Below are positions 1-8,531 of a stretch of DNA of 64,000 bases, in pieces; the first letter of the stretch is position 1; every line of letters starts with the position of its first letter. Position numbers and translations under genes: made by a program. Below the pieces are notes generated by a model. It was given only the letters and a program-made list of their open reading frames with translations. It ran no database searches and was not told where the DNA came from. The DNA comes from an uncultured Campylobacterales bacterium (GTDB lineage: Bacteria; Campylobacterota; Campylobacteria; Campylobacterales; QNZT01), in the NCBI GenBank assembly GCA_964622255.1, contig CAZUPK010000067.1, positions 3,979 through 67,978 of the forward strand. The letters run 5' to 3'.

Positions 1-1286
1 CTAGCAAATTCCGCTCCACATTCATCACAGTAAAAAACAGGTATTCTATGTCCCCACCAAAGTTGTCTTGAGACACACCAATCTTTAAGCTCACTCATCC
101 AAGCATTGAAAGAATTTATCCAGTGAGGCGGAAAAAACTTGCTTTCCCCATCATTTACTCTTTTTATAGCTTCGTCTGCGATGCTACTTTTTACAAACCA
201 TTGTTTTGAGATATATGGCTCTACTATATTTTTACATCTATAACAGTGTCCTACTTGATGCTTATGATTTTCTATTTTTATGATAAAGCCCTCTTCTTCA
301 AGCCTTTTTACTATCACATCTCTTGCTTTTAGTCTTTCTAACCCTTTAAACTCTCCACATTCATCATTTAAGATACCTTTTTCGTCAAAACAGGTTATAA
401 ACTCTAAGTTATGTCTCTTTCCAACTTCATAGTCATTTGGATCGTGAGAAGGGGTTACTTTAACAATTCCGGTTCCAAACTCCATATCAACATACTCATC
501 TGCTATGATTTCTATCTCTCTATTTATAAGCGGGAGTTTTACCCTTTTACCTATAATACTTTTATATCTATCATCGTTTGGATTTACCATAATTGCAGTA
601 TCTCCAAAGTAAGTTTCAGGCCTAGTAGTTGCTACTACAACCCCTCCACTTTCATCACTAAAAGGATATCTTATATGATAGAGCTTTCCATCTACCTCAT
701 AGTGTTCAACCTCAATATCACTCAAAGCTCCGTCGTGAGTACACCAGTTTACCATATAGTTTCCACGATATATAAGCCCCTCTTCATAAAGCTTTACAAA
801 TATCTTTTTAACAGCACTCTTTAACCCCTCATCCATAGTAAATCTCTGCCTACTCCAAGCAGGGCTAATACCAAGCTTTCTCATTTGATGGACGATGGCT
901 CCACCGCTATACTCTTTCCACTTCCAAACTCTTTTTAAAAACTCCTCTCTTCCAAGCTCCTCTTTTGTTTTGCCCTCTGCTAAAAGTTGTTTTTCTACGA
1001 CATTTTGAGTAGCTATACCTGCATGATCTAGTCCGGGTTGCCAAAGAGTTCTATATCCATCCATCCTCTTATATCTAGTCATAATATCTTGAAGTGTAAA
1101 TGTGAGTGCATGACCTATATGTAAAACCCCGGTTACATTTGGTGGTGGCATCATAATACAGAAGTTCTTCCCATCCTCTTGTATCTCTTTGTTACCATCT
1201 ATCTCAAAGTAACCTCTTTCTTCCCAAATCTTATAGTATCTATCTTCTATATCTTGCGGATCGTAAGTTTTTGAATTTTTGCTCAT
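1..1286 (-). CDS. valS: valyl-tRNA synthetase, N-terminal ~428 codons; gene continues beyond the left edge
   Basis: Absent from the ORF track because no stop lies in the window. Own minus-strand translation from ATG (complement of 1284-1286): MSKNSKTYDPQDIEDRYYKIWEERGYFEIDG...MMPPPNVTGVLHIGHAL (class I HIGH motif)...LWQPGLDHAGIATQ. The frame stays open to position 1. Track ORF 411..824(+) is antisense to it. Confidence 0.9.
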   Translation of the reverse strand, partial: MSKNSKTYDPQDIEDRYYKIWEERGYFEIDGNKEIQEDGKNFCIMMPPPNVTGVLHIGHALTFTLQDIMTRYKRMDGYRTLWQPGLDHAGIATQNVVEKQLLAEGKTKEELGREEFLKRVWKWKEYSGGAIVHQMRKLGISPAWSRQRFTMDEGLKSAVKKIFVKLYEEGLIYRGNYMVNWCTHDGALSDIEVEHYEVDGKLYHIRYPFSDESGGVVVATTRPETYFGDTAIMVNPNDDRYKSIIGKRVKLPLINREIEIIADEYVDMEFGTGIVKVTPSHDPNDYEVGKRHNLEFITCFDEKGILNDECGEFKGLERLKARDVIVKRLEEEGFIIKIENHKHQVGHCYRCKNIVEPYISKQWFVKSSIADEAIKRVNDGESKFFPPHWINSFNAWMSELKDWCVSRQLWWGHRIPVFYCDECGAEFA

Positions 1287-1376
1287 TTTCTATTCCATAA
1301 AAAGTTTTTTTGGGATTTTAGCTAAAAGTTGGTAAAAAAAACAATGGCAACCACTTAAAAAAGCAGTCGCCTAGTT

Positions 1377-1907
1377 TTAGTAACTAACTCTTACTTTGAT
1401 AGGGATTCTTCTTAGTCTATGTTTAGTTATTTTTACTATTTTTTCACCCTTATAATAAGCTATATTTTTCCACCTAGTAACTCTATATCTTTTTGTTTTG
1501 TAGTAAGTGTTACAAACTCTTCTTTGCTCGTACCTTGTTTTTGTAACTGGTCTTTTGTAGTGTCTTGTTCCATACTTTTTATTTGCTATAGTTCCACCTG
1601 CTAAGGCTCCTACGACAGTTGCTAAATCTTTACCTCTACCACCACCAAACTGATGTCCTATAACTCCGCCTACAACTCCACCTAATATAGGAGCTGCTGG
1701 ATTTTTTTCATATACATCCTCATAAGCTGTATATTGAACAGGAACATTTTCATAGTAACACTTTTGATAAGGAACCTCTTTTGTTTTCCAAACAGTAGTT
1801 TTATAACTTTTTGTTACCCTGATATATTTTGTCTTTGTGTAACTCTTCGCATAGGAAACAGACAATACCAAAACCAAAATAAGTAAAATATTTTTTATTA
1901 TTTTCAT
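1377..1907 (-). CDS. secreted glycine-zipper (17-kDa antigen/SlyB-like) protein
   Basis: 176 aa. Signal-like N-terminus MKIIKNILLILVLVLSVSYA, central glycine zipper GGVVGGVIGHQFGGGRGKDLATVVGALAGG, very basic K/R/Y-rich flanks. Confidence 0.7.
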   Translation of the reverse strand: MKIIKNILLILVLVLSVSYAKSYTKTKYIRVTKSYKTTVWKTKEVPYQKCYYENVPVQYTAYEDVYEKNPAAPILGGVVGGVIGHQFGGGRGKDLATVVGALAGGTIANKKYGTRHYKRPVTKTRYEQRRVCNTYYKTKRYRVTRWKNIAYYKGEKIVKITKHRLRRIPIKVRVSY

Positions 1908-2319
1908 AATTTTCTCCTTATTTTTTTGTCATAGTCAAATTATATAACCATTTTGTGTAAAGTTTGTGAAAAAAAAGAAACTATTTGATAAACTAAAGTT
2001 TTGATTAATATAAGGAGTTAAAGATAAAAGCTATTATTTTTATTTTGCCTAGTATTATTACTATTTTTAGTGCAGATACCGTGCAAATTTCGACAATAAA
2101 TCTTTCACTATCCATTCTATTTTTATCGAAGCAACTTGTAAGCTTACTGAATATCATCATAGTTTTAACTCTACTTGTTTTAGCTCCATTTCCCATACTT
2201 TTGAGTATGGATATGATGGTGCATTCTCCTACCGTGATATCTATGCCTTTTAAACTTTTTATCTTTGTGCTTATATATGGGTGGAAGCCTATTGTTGGAA
2301 ATCTTATAACGAGTTTTAA

Positions 2320-3414
2320 ATGACCTGTAGCAGTTTTGGTAAGTGCGGTAGTTGCACACTTTGGGAGTATAGTTACAAAGAGCAGTTAGAGTTAAAAGTA
2401 GATAAGATAAAAAAACAGTTTAATATAAACTCACTAGATGTCATAACTTCAGAAGAAAAAAACTTTAGATATCGTGCAGAATTTAGAGTCTATTATGATG
2501 ATAACGGTTTAAATTATGCGATGAGTGGATTTGATAAAAAAATAGTAAAGATAGATGAATGCAATATAGTCTCTAAAAGTCTCACTGTATTGATGGAAAA
2601 ACTTTTAAAAGAGGTATCAAAAAGCAAACTCTTAAAAAAGAAACTCTTTGCAGTAGAATTTTTAACAACTACTACCGATGAAACCATAATAACTTTGATA
2701 TATCATAAAAGGATAGATGAAACTTGGAAAGAGGAGGCAGAAAAGATAAATATAGATGCAAATATCATAGGAAGAAGTAGAGGTGTAAAGATAGTTATCG
2801 ATAAAGACTATATCTTTGAAAAGTTAAACATCTTGGGAAAGAGTTATATTTATAAGATATTCGATAGTGGCTTTACTCAACCAAATCCAAAAGTAAATGA
2901 AAAGATGATAAGCTGGGTTTTGAAAAATCTCCTATCAGATAGAAAAGATTTGCTAGAGCTATACTGTGGGCTTGGTAACTTTACTCTACCCCTTTCAACA
3001 AAGTTTAACAAAATTTTGGCAACAGAGGTTTCAAAAGCTTCCATAAGATCTGCACTAGAAAATGTAGAGTTAAACAACATAGAAAACATCTCCTTTGTTA
3101 GACTCTCAAGCCAAGAGTTAGTAGAGGCTTTAGAAGAAAAAAGAGAGTTTAATCGTTTAAAAGATATTAATCTTAAAGAGTATAATTTCTCTCATATCTT
3201 CATAGATCCGCCACGAGCCGGAGTTGATGAAAAAACGATAGAGTTTTTAAAACAGTTTAAAAATATCATATATATTTCTTGTAATCCTGACACTTTAAAA
3301 AGGGATTTGGATAGATTAGATAGTTATGAGATAAAAAAGTTTGCCTGTTTTGATCAGTTTGCATATACAAACCACTTAGAGTGTGGAGTAATCTTAAGAA
3401 GAAGAGATGACTAA
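2320..3414 (+). CDS. trmA: tRNA (uracil54-C5)-methyltransferase
   Basis: 364 aa. N-terminal Cys cluster CSSFGKCGSCTLW, SAM-MTase motifs LELYCGLGNFTLPL, IFIDPPRAGVD and YISCNPDTLKRDL. Confidence 0.85.
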   Translation: MTCSSFGKCGSCTLWEYSYKEQLELKVDKIKKQFNINSLDVITSEEKNFRYRAEFRVYYDDNGLNYAMSGFDKKIVKIDECNIVSKSLTVLMEKLLKEVSKSKLLKKKLFAVEFLTTTTDETIITLIYHKRIDETWKEEAEKINIDANIIGRSRGVKIVIDKDYIFEKLNILGKSYIYKIFDSGFTQPNPKVNEKMISWVLKNLLSDRKDLLELYCGLGNFTLPLSTKFNKILATEVSKASIRSALENVELNNIENISFVRLSSQELVEALEEKREFNRLKDINLKEYNFSHIFIDPPRAGVDEKTIEFLKQFKNIIYISCNPDTLKRDLDRLDSYEIKKFACFDQFAYTNHLECGVILRRRDD

Positions 3415-3455
3415 AAAATAAAGATTATTATCTCCCCCCTTTTATCAAGACCAAA

Positions 3456-3722
3456 TTAAAATCTCTTTGCTGTATATTGTGAACCTTGATTACTATTAAA
3501 TATTTCAGGCTTAGGATATTTAGATAGTGCATCTTGTAAAACACTTGTTGTTAGTGCTATATCCATCTGTGTTGGAGAGTTTCCAAGAGAGTATCTTTTT
3601 AGTGTTCTACTCAATAATAGCTGTTAAATATGCAAAGCCTTTTTCTAATTTTATATAAGTGATGTCAATACTCTATACTTGGTTAGGAGTATCAATGATT
3701 ACTTGATTATTATCATTTTTAA
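3456..3722 (-). pseudogene. IS3-family transposase orfB (integrase core) relic
   Basis: Own minus-strand translation: ..DTPNQV*SIDITYIKLEKGFAYLTAIIE*NTKKILSWKLSNT, then a frameshift, then MDIALTTSVLQDALSKYPKPEIFNSNQGSQYTAKRF*. This follows the IS3 pattern (W.tDITYI...YL..iiD..sr.IvgW..s) but has 2 in-frame stops and 1 frameshift and is truncated at both ends. Homologous at DNA level to the relic at 16040-16466. Confidence 0.6.
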
Positions 3723-3765
3723 ATGCTATTTTTTTATTTTACTGTATCATTTAGGAATATAAAAA

Positions 3766-4605
3766 TTATTTAGTTTGGTATTTTTTGTTGGGGAGATTAT
3801 AGTTTAAATTTTCGTGAAATTTGGCTAGTTTATTTATGTCCTCAATCACTTTATCAAAATCATCCAAATTTAGCATATTTGCCCCATCACTTTTTGCTAT
3901 GGATGGATCTATATGAGTTTCAAAGAAAAATCCATCAACCCCAACCGCGGCTGCCGCACGAGATAAAGGTGCTACAAACTCTCTTTTACCACTACTTTTC
4001 CCATTACCTGCTCCTGGCATCTGAACCGAGTGTGTAGCATCAAAGATAACCGGAGCAAACTCTCTCATAATTACCAAACTTCTCATATCAACTACCAAGT
4101 TTCCATAACCAAAAGTTGTTCCTCTTTCTGTTAGCCATACTTTTGCTTTTTTCGAAGTTTCATAGTTTGGAGTTTTATAACCTCTTGTTTTAATAACCTT
4201 TAAAACTGAGTATTTCATATCAGCAGGATTTAAAAACTGCCCTTTTTTTATGTTTACTATGGTATCACTTTTTGCACACTCAACCAAAAGATCTGTTTGA
4301 CGACATAAAAATGCAGGTATTTGTAAAATATCAGCAACTTTTGCAACATCTTTTACTTGATGAGTTTCGTGAACATCTGTTAAGATTTTGTATCCAAACT
4401 CATCTTTTACATTTTGAAGTATTTCCAAACCCTTTTTAAAGCCTAAACCTCTAAAACTTTCTAAGCTTGTTCTATTTGCCTTGTCAAAACTTGCTTTAAA
4501 ATAAAACTCTACATTTTTATTATTATGATATTTTCTCAATCTCTTTGCTATCTCAAAAACTATCTTTTCACTCTCTATTACACAAGGACCTGCTATAAGT
4601 ATCAT
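3766..4605 (-). CDS. kdsA: 2-dehydro-3-deoxyphosphooctonate aldolase (KDO-8-P synthase)
   Basis: 279 aa. Motifs [35 protein letters not shown]. The last ~20 codons (LAKFHENLN...) are encoded by a copy of a dispersed repeat (3801-3826). Confidence 0.9.
   Translation of the reverse strand: MILIAGPCVIESEKIVFEIAKRLRKYHNNKNVEFYFKASFDKANRTSLESFRGLGFKKGLEILQNVKDEFGYKILTDVHETHQVKDVAKVADILQIPAFLCRQTDLLVECAKSDTIVNIKKGQFLNPADMKYSVLKVIKTRGYKTPNYETSKKAKVWLTERGTTFGYGNLVVDMRSLVIMREFAPVIFDATHSVQMPGAGNGKSSGKREFVAPLSRAAAAVGVDGFFFETHIDPSIAKSDGANMLNLDDFDKVIEDINKLAKFHENLNYNLPNKKYQTK
3801..3826. repeat. short copy of the dispersed terminal repeat AGTTTAAA(A/T)TTTCGTGAAATTTGGCT
   Basis: agtttaaattttcgtgaaatttggct matches 34080-34105 and 44812-44837 with one mismatch. 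It lies inside the 3' end of kdsA. Confidence 0.7.
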
Positions 4606-4617
4606 AATCTGACCTTT

Positions 4618-4724
4618 AGGGAAACAACTCTTTGACTATACTACACCATAGCCCCTGTTGTTGTGCCTCGACTATGAACAAACTGTCAAAGCTATGAACT
4701 ATCTAGGTTCTTAGAGGTTTCCTT
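4618..4724. ncRNA. candidate structured RNA/leader element: three nested helices in the kdsA-der divergent spacer
   Basis: AGGGAAAC (4618-4625) pairs with GTTTCCTT (4717-4724). CTTTGAC (4630-4636) pairs with GTCAAAG (4685-4691). CATAGCC (4647-4653) pairs with GACTATG (4670-4676). CTATGAAC is directly repeated (4672-4679, 4692-4699). A TATAAT on the minus strand (complement of 4741-4746) would place the element in a ~130-nt kdsA 5' UTR. Confidence 0.3.
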
Positions 4725-4770
4725 TATCTATTTTGGATATATTATAGCTACTATATCCTAAAGGAACAAA

Positions 4771-6228
4771 ATGGAAACAATAGCATTGGTCGGAAAACCA
4801 AATGTCGGAAAAAGTTCACTTTTTAATCGTATCTTAAAAAAAAGAGATGCCATAACTTCAAATGTTAGTGGAACAACAAGAGATATTAAAAAAGCCAAAG
4901 TCTATATAAATAATAAAAAAGCAAACTTAGTTGATACTGGTGGACTTGACGATAGAGATGAGATGTTTAAAGAGGTTCAAAAAAAATCTTTACAAGCTGC
5001 GAAAGAGGCAGATATCATACTCTATATGGTAGATGGTAAGATGCTTCCTGATGATGAAGATAAGAGGATATTTTATGAGCTTCAAAAGAGTGCAAAAAGG
5101 ATAGCCTTAGTAGTCAATAAGATAGATAATGAAAGCCAAGAAAAAGAAATAGGCTGGGAATTTAGCTCATTTGGTGCAAAAAATCTTTTCTTTATCTCAG
5201 TTTCACACAATAAAAATATAACAAAACTTATAAACTGGCTTGATAGTAATTTAAAAGATGAACCAACTTTAGCATTAGTAGAAGATAATGAACTTCCTTT
5301 TGAAAAGTTTTTATCATTAGAAGAAACTCTCGATGATAGACAAAGTTTTGAAAAGAGAAATTTTCACGGAAGTTTTACTTCTGTGAAAGAGAAAACATTG
5401 GATGAGAAGTTAGAGGATGAGGAGAGTAACAACCATATAAAGGTAGCTATCATCGGTAGGGTAAATGTTGGTAAAAGCTCACTTTTAAATGCTCTTTTGG
5501 AGGAGGATAGAAGTGTAGTAAGCTCGATAGCTGGAACAACAATAGATCCGATAGATGAGGCAATAGTTAAAGATGATAAGATATATACATTTGTTGATAC
5601 TGCCGGTATAAGAAGGAGAGGAAAGATAGAGGGGATAGAGAAGTTTGCACTTCATAGAACTCAAAAACAGCTTGAAAATGCCAACATAGCACTCTTAATT
5701 TTAGATGCAAGTGAAGAGTTTAAAGAGCTTGATGAAAAAATAGCAAATTTGGCAGAGAAGTTTAAACTAGGGGTTATCATAGTTTTAAACAAATGGGATA
5801 AAGCACTTTATGGTTATGAAGAGAGTGTAAAAAAAGTTAGAGATAGGTTTAAGTTTCTATCCTTTGCTCCTATCATAACACTATCAGCTTTAACTAGAAA
5901 AAGAGTTCATAAACTATATGAAGTGATAGATAGAGTCTATGCAAACTATACAAGAAGAATTCCTACTTCAAAACTAAACGAACTTATAAAATATGCAAAT
6001 CAAAGGCATCATCTTCCAAGTGATATGGGGAAAGTTGTAAAGATTTATTTTGCAACACAGTTTGATATAAAACCACCAAAGTTTGCACTTATTATGAATA
6101 GACCTAAAGCACTTCACTTTAGTTATAAGAGGTATTTAACAAATCAACTAAGAAAGTATTATGACTTTGAGGGAAGTCCACTTATTTTAGAACCTAAAAA
6201 GAAAAAAACTAATGAGGATTTTGAGTAA
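4771..6228 (+). CDS. der: ribosome-associated GTPase Der/EngA
   Basis: 485 aa. Two tandem GTPase domains (GKPNVGKSSLFNR..DTGG and GRVNVGKSSLLNAL..DTAG..NKWD) plus a KH-like C-terminus. Confidence 0.9.
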   Translation: METIALVGKPNVGKSSLFNRILKKRDAITSNVSGTTRDIKKAKVYINNKKANLVDTGGLDDRDEMFKEVQKKSLQAAKEADIILYMVDGKMLPDDEDKRIFYELQKSAKRIALVVNKIDNESQEKEIGWEFSSFGAKNLFFISVSHNKNITKLINWLDSNLKDEPTLALVEDNELPFEKFLSLEETLDDRQSFEKRNFHGSFTSVKEKTLDEKLEDEESNNHIKVAIIGRVNVGKSSLLNALLEEDRSVVSSIAGTTIDPIDEAIVKDDKIYTFVDTAGIRRRGKIEGIEKFALHRTQKQLENANIALLILDASEEFKELDEKIANLAEKFKLGVIIVLNKWDKALYGYEESVKKVRDRFKFLSFAPIITLSALTRKRVHKLYEVIDRVYANYTRRIPTSKLNELIKYANQRHHLPSDMGKVVKIYFATQFDIKPPKFALIMNRPKALHFSYKRYLTNQLRKYYDFEGSPLILEPKKKKTNEDFE

Positions 6229-6731
6229 TGAATAATGTTATACTTATAGGATTTATGGGAGTTGGTAAGGGAACAGTTGCAAGAGCTTATGCTAAAAAGT
6301 ATGATAGATTTGCTATAGATACCGATGATCTTATAGAGAGTCTTGAAAATAGAAAAATAAAAACTATCTTTGCTGAAAATGGAGAGAGTTACTTTAGAGC
6401 TTTAGAAAAAAAGTGTGCTTTATGGCTTGAAAAAAGTGTTAGAGATAGCATCATCTCAACCGGTGGAGGATTTTTTAAACAGGAAAATATAAAAAATATA
6501 GGAAAAATTGTCTTGCTTGATAGTTCATTTGATAATATTTATAAAAGAATAATAGCCCATCCAAATGCATCTAAAAAATTGGCAAAAAGACCACTTTTTC
6601 AGGATATAAATAGTGCAAAAAAACTCTACAATGAAAGGTTGCCTTTGTATAAAGAGATTGCAGATATTATCTTAAATGTAGAAAAAAGAGAGCTTAAAGA
6701 CATCATAGATGAGTTACACTCCATAATATAG
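6228..6731 (+). CDS. aroK: shikimate kinase
   Basis: 167 aa. P-loop LIGFMGVGKGTVAR, DTDDLIE, STGGG. The start overlaps the der stop by 1 nt (TAATG). Confidence 0.85.
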   Translation: MNNVILIGFMGVGKGTVARAYAKKYDRFAIDTDDLIESLENRKIKTIFAENGESYFRALEKKCALWLEKSVRDSIISTGGGFFKQENIKNIGKIVLLDSSFDNIYKRIIAHPNASKKLAKRPLFQDINSAKKLYNERLPLYKEIADIILNVEKRELKDIIDELHSII

Positions 6732-6813
6732 CTTTAGTCATACCTTTCTACACATCTTTTCAATCCTTTCACTTTTGCACCCATTATCTTAGGTGAGGGG
6801 TAGTTGGGGTAGT

Positions 6814-8529
6814 TCACAGGGCCTCCTTAATATTTTTAAGATAGCCCTCTTTCAATTCATAAACTCTACTAGCATCTTTTATAATAGATAGTCTATGAGC
6901 TATGATGATAGTTGTTTTGTTTTTTAAATACTCTTTTAACTTAGTAAAAAGTTTATCCTCCGTTAGGCTATCTAGTGCGGAGGTTGATTCATCAAGTATA
7001 ATGATATTTGGATCTTTAACTATCATTCTTGCTATACTAACTCTTTGTCTCTCTCCTCCACTAAGATTTATTCCACCCTTACCTATCTTTGTATCAAGTC
7101 CTTTTTCAAGTCTTTTAACTACATCATTAAGCTCGGCTATCTCTATGGCCTTTTTGATTTTCTCTTCACTTATATCATCTCCAAAGGTAAGGTTATATCT
7201 TAGAGTGTTGTTAAAAAGAGTTGGATTTTGTAAAACTAAGAAGATATTTTCTCTTATATTTTTAAGTCCTATGTCCCTATAAGATATACCGTCTATCCTT
7301 ATATTTCCTTGATATGAGCTATAAAAACCAACTAGTATCTTTGCTAGAGTGCTTTTGCCACTTCCACTTCCCCCAATTATAGCCGTTTGCTCACCCTTTT
7401 TAAACTCTAAAGATATATCTTTTAAAACATCTTCTTTACCATCATAACTAAACTTTAGATTTTTAACTGTTATCGAATTTGTTTTTGAATTTTTAAAAGG
7501 ATTTTTTCTATTTTTATTTTTTGGCTCTTTTTCTAATTTAAAAAGTTCATTTATTCTCTTGGTAGCCTCTTTTGCATTGTGATAGGCATATTGAATATTT
7601 ATGATCTCTTGTATAGGAGTCATAATAACCCAAAGATAACCAAAGACTGCTAACATTAAACCGATAGTAAGTCCGCTATAAAGCACCATCAAAATACCAA
7701 CAGCACGAAAAAGCTCAAAACCTCCCAAAAAGAGTAAAAAAGAAAATTTAGCACTAGCATCACTTTTATATCTAAAATCAACAGCTACATCTTTTAACTC
7801 TTTAGCTTTAAATTTGAGTCTATCAAAAAAGTGTTTACCTTTGTTAGAAACTCTTACTTGCTCATAAAAGTCTAAAGTTTCATTTATGGCTTCGCTAAAG
7901 CTTTGTATGAGTGAATTTTCCCTCCTCTTTATCTTCCCAACTTTTCTTGCCAATTTTGTTGAAAAAAAGATTATTAAAGGGTTTAAAGAGAGTATAAAAA
8001 GAGCTAACCTCCAATCTATAAGCATCAAAACAACAGCCACACCGATAAATGTTAAAACAGATATGATAAGCTTACTTATGGAACTAGATAAAAAGATATC
8101 TATGGTTGCAAGATCAACAACCATTAAAGAGGAGACTTTAGCACTTGTAAACTTTTCATACTCTTGTAAATCAACTCTTTCAAGATGAGCCAAAAGTTTA
8201 AGTCGTATTTTATAGACTATATCTTGAGATATTTTGGTAAATATATAGTTTTGCCAGATGCTAAGAGTAAAAAAGATAGCTCTTAAAGTGATAGTTAGAG
8301 CTAAAACAACTACAATATAAAACCAAGCTTTATGATTTCCGATAAAAATTTTATCGATAGTAGAAACTAACCATCCGCCCTTTTTTAAAACAACTTCATC
8401 AACCAAAAGTGGTATCAAAAGAGGAGTCGGAGTATTAACAAGCACAGCAAGTATCGCTATGAAGTTAGCAAAAAAAAGTTCTCTTTTATAAAGCTTTAGC
8501 TCACTCAAAAGGGTTTTTATATCAAACAC
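6814..8529 (-). CDS. ABC exporter, fused permease/ATPase (MsbA-like)
   Basis: 571 aa. N-terminal multi-TM domain. NBD with Walker A GGSGSGKST, signature LSGGERQRV and Walker B IIILDEST. Confidence 0.85.
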   Translation of the reverse strand: MFDIKTLLSELKLYKRELFFANFIAILAVLVNTPTPLLIPLLVDEVVLKKGGWLVSTIDKIFIGNHKAWFYIVVVLALTITLRAIFFTLSIWQNYIFTKISQDIVYKIRLKLLAHLERVDLQEYEKFTSAKVSSLMVVDLATIDIFLSSSISKLIISVLTFIGVAVVLMLIDWRLALFILSLNPLIIFFSTKLARKVGKIKRRENSLIQSFSEAINETLDFYEQVRVSNKGKHFFDRLKFKAKELKDVAVDFRYKSDASAKFSFLLFLGGFELFRAVGILMVLYSGLTIGLMLAVFGYLWVIMTPIQEIINIQYAYHNAKEATKRINELFKLEKEPKNKNRKNPFKNSKTNSITVKNLKFSYDGKEDVLKDISLEFKKGEQTAIIGGSGSGKSTLAKILVGFYSSYQGNIRIDGISYRDIGLKNIRENIFLVLQNPTLFNNTLRYNLTFGDDISEEKIKKAIEIAELNDVVKRLEKGLDTKIGKGGINLSGGERQRVSIARMIVKDPNIIILDESTSALDSLTEDKLFTKLKEYLKNKTTIIIAHRLSIIKDASRVYELKEGYLKNIKEAL

Positions 8530-8531
8530 TA

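Noticed and set aside
411-824. Track ORF 411..824(+) and the many other 60-130-aa ORFs lying antisense inside long conserved genes (e.g. 6902..7282, 8626..8922, 9442..9804, 23432..23695, 36370..36756, 38836..39192, 49160..49543, 53621..53998, 55766..56083, 58863..59156, 61028..61270).
   Set aside because: Each is fully contained in, and antisense to, a much longer ORF with clear family motifs. Their sequences are low-complexity S/L/F/I-rich, as expected for the reverse strand of AT-rich coding DNA. None has a ribosome-binding site or a recognisable motif.
2005-2323. The gap upstream of trmA is open on both strands for more than 90 codons. These are track ORFs 2045..2323(+), which has an ATGA overlap with trmA, and 2005..2196(-), whose frame stays open back into trmA.
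   Set aside because: The plus ORF needs a TTG start with no SD and is a featureless hydrophobic string. The minus frame has no usable start unless it overlaps trmA extensively. I could not recognise any family. It may be a gene remnant, but that is not supportable from sequence alone.
4618-4724. SRP (4.5S) RNA or a tRNA-like gene in the kdsA-der spacer, considered because of its long hairpin shape and a GGGGCTATGGTGTAGT-like start on the minus strand.
   Set aside because: It lacks the SRP domain IV signature (GGAA tetraloop, AGCAGCC / AGGUCAGG bulges). It also has no T-arm, D-arm or anticodon-arm geometry.
6770-6813. G-rich string GGTGAGGGGTAGTTGGGGTAGTTCACAGGG between the convergent aroK and ABC genes, considered as a possible G-quadruplex.
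   Set aside because: There are only two G4 runs plus short G2/G3 runs. The last part is the ABC gene stop region. No supporting structure or repeat was seen.
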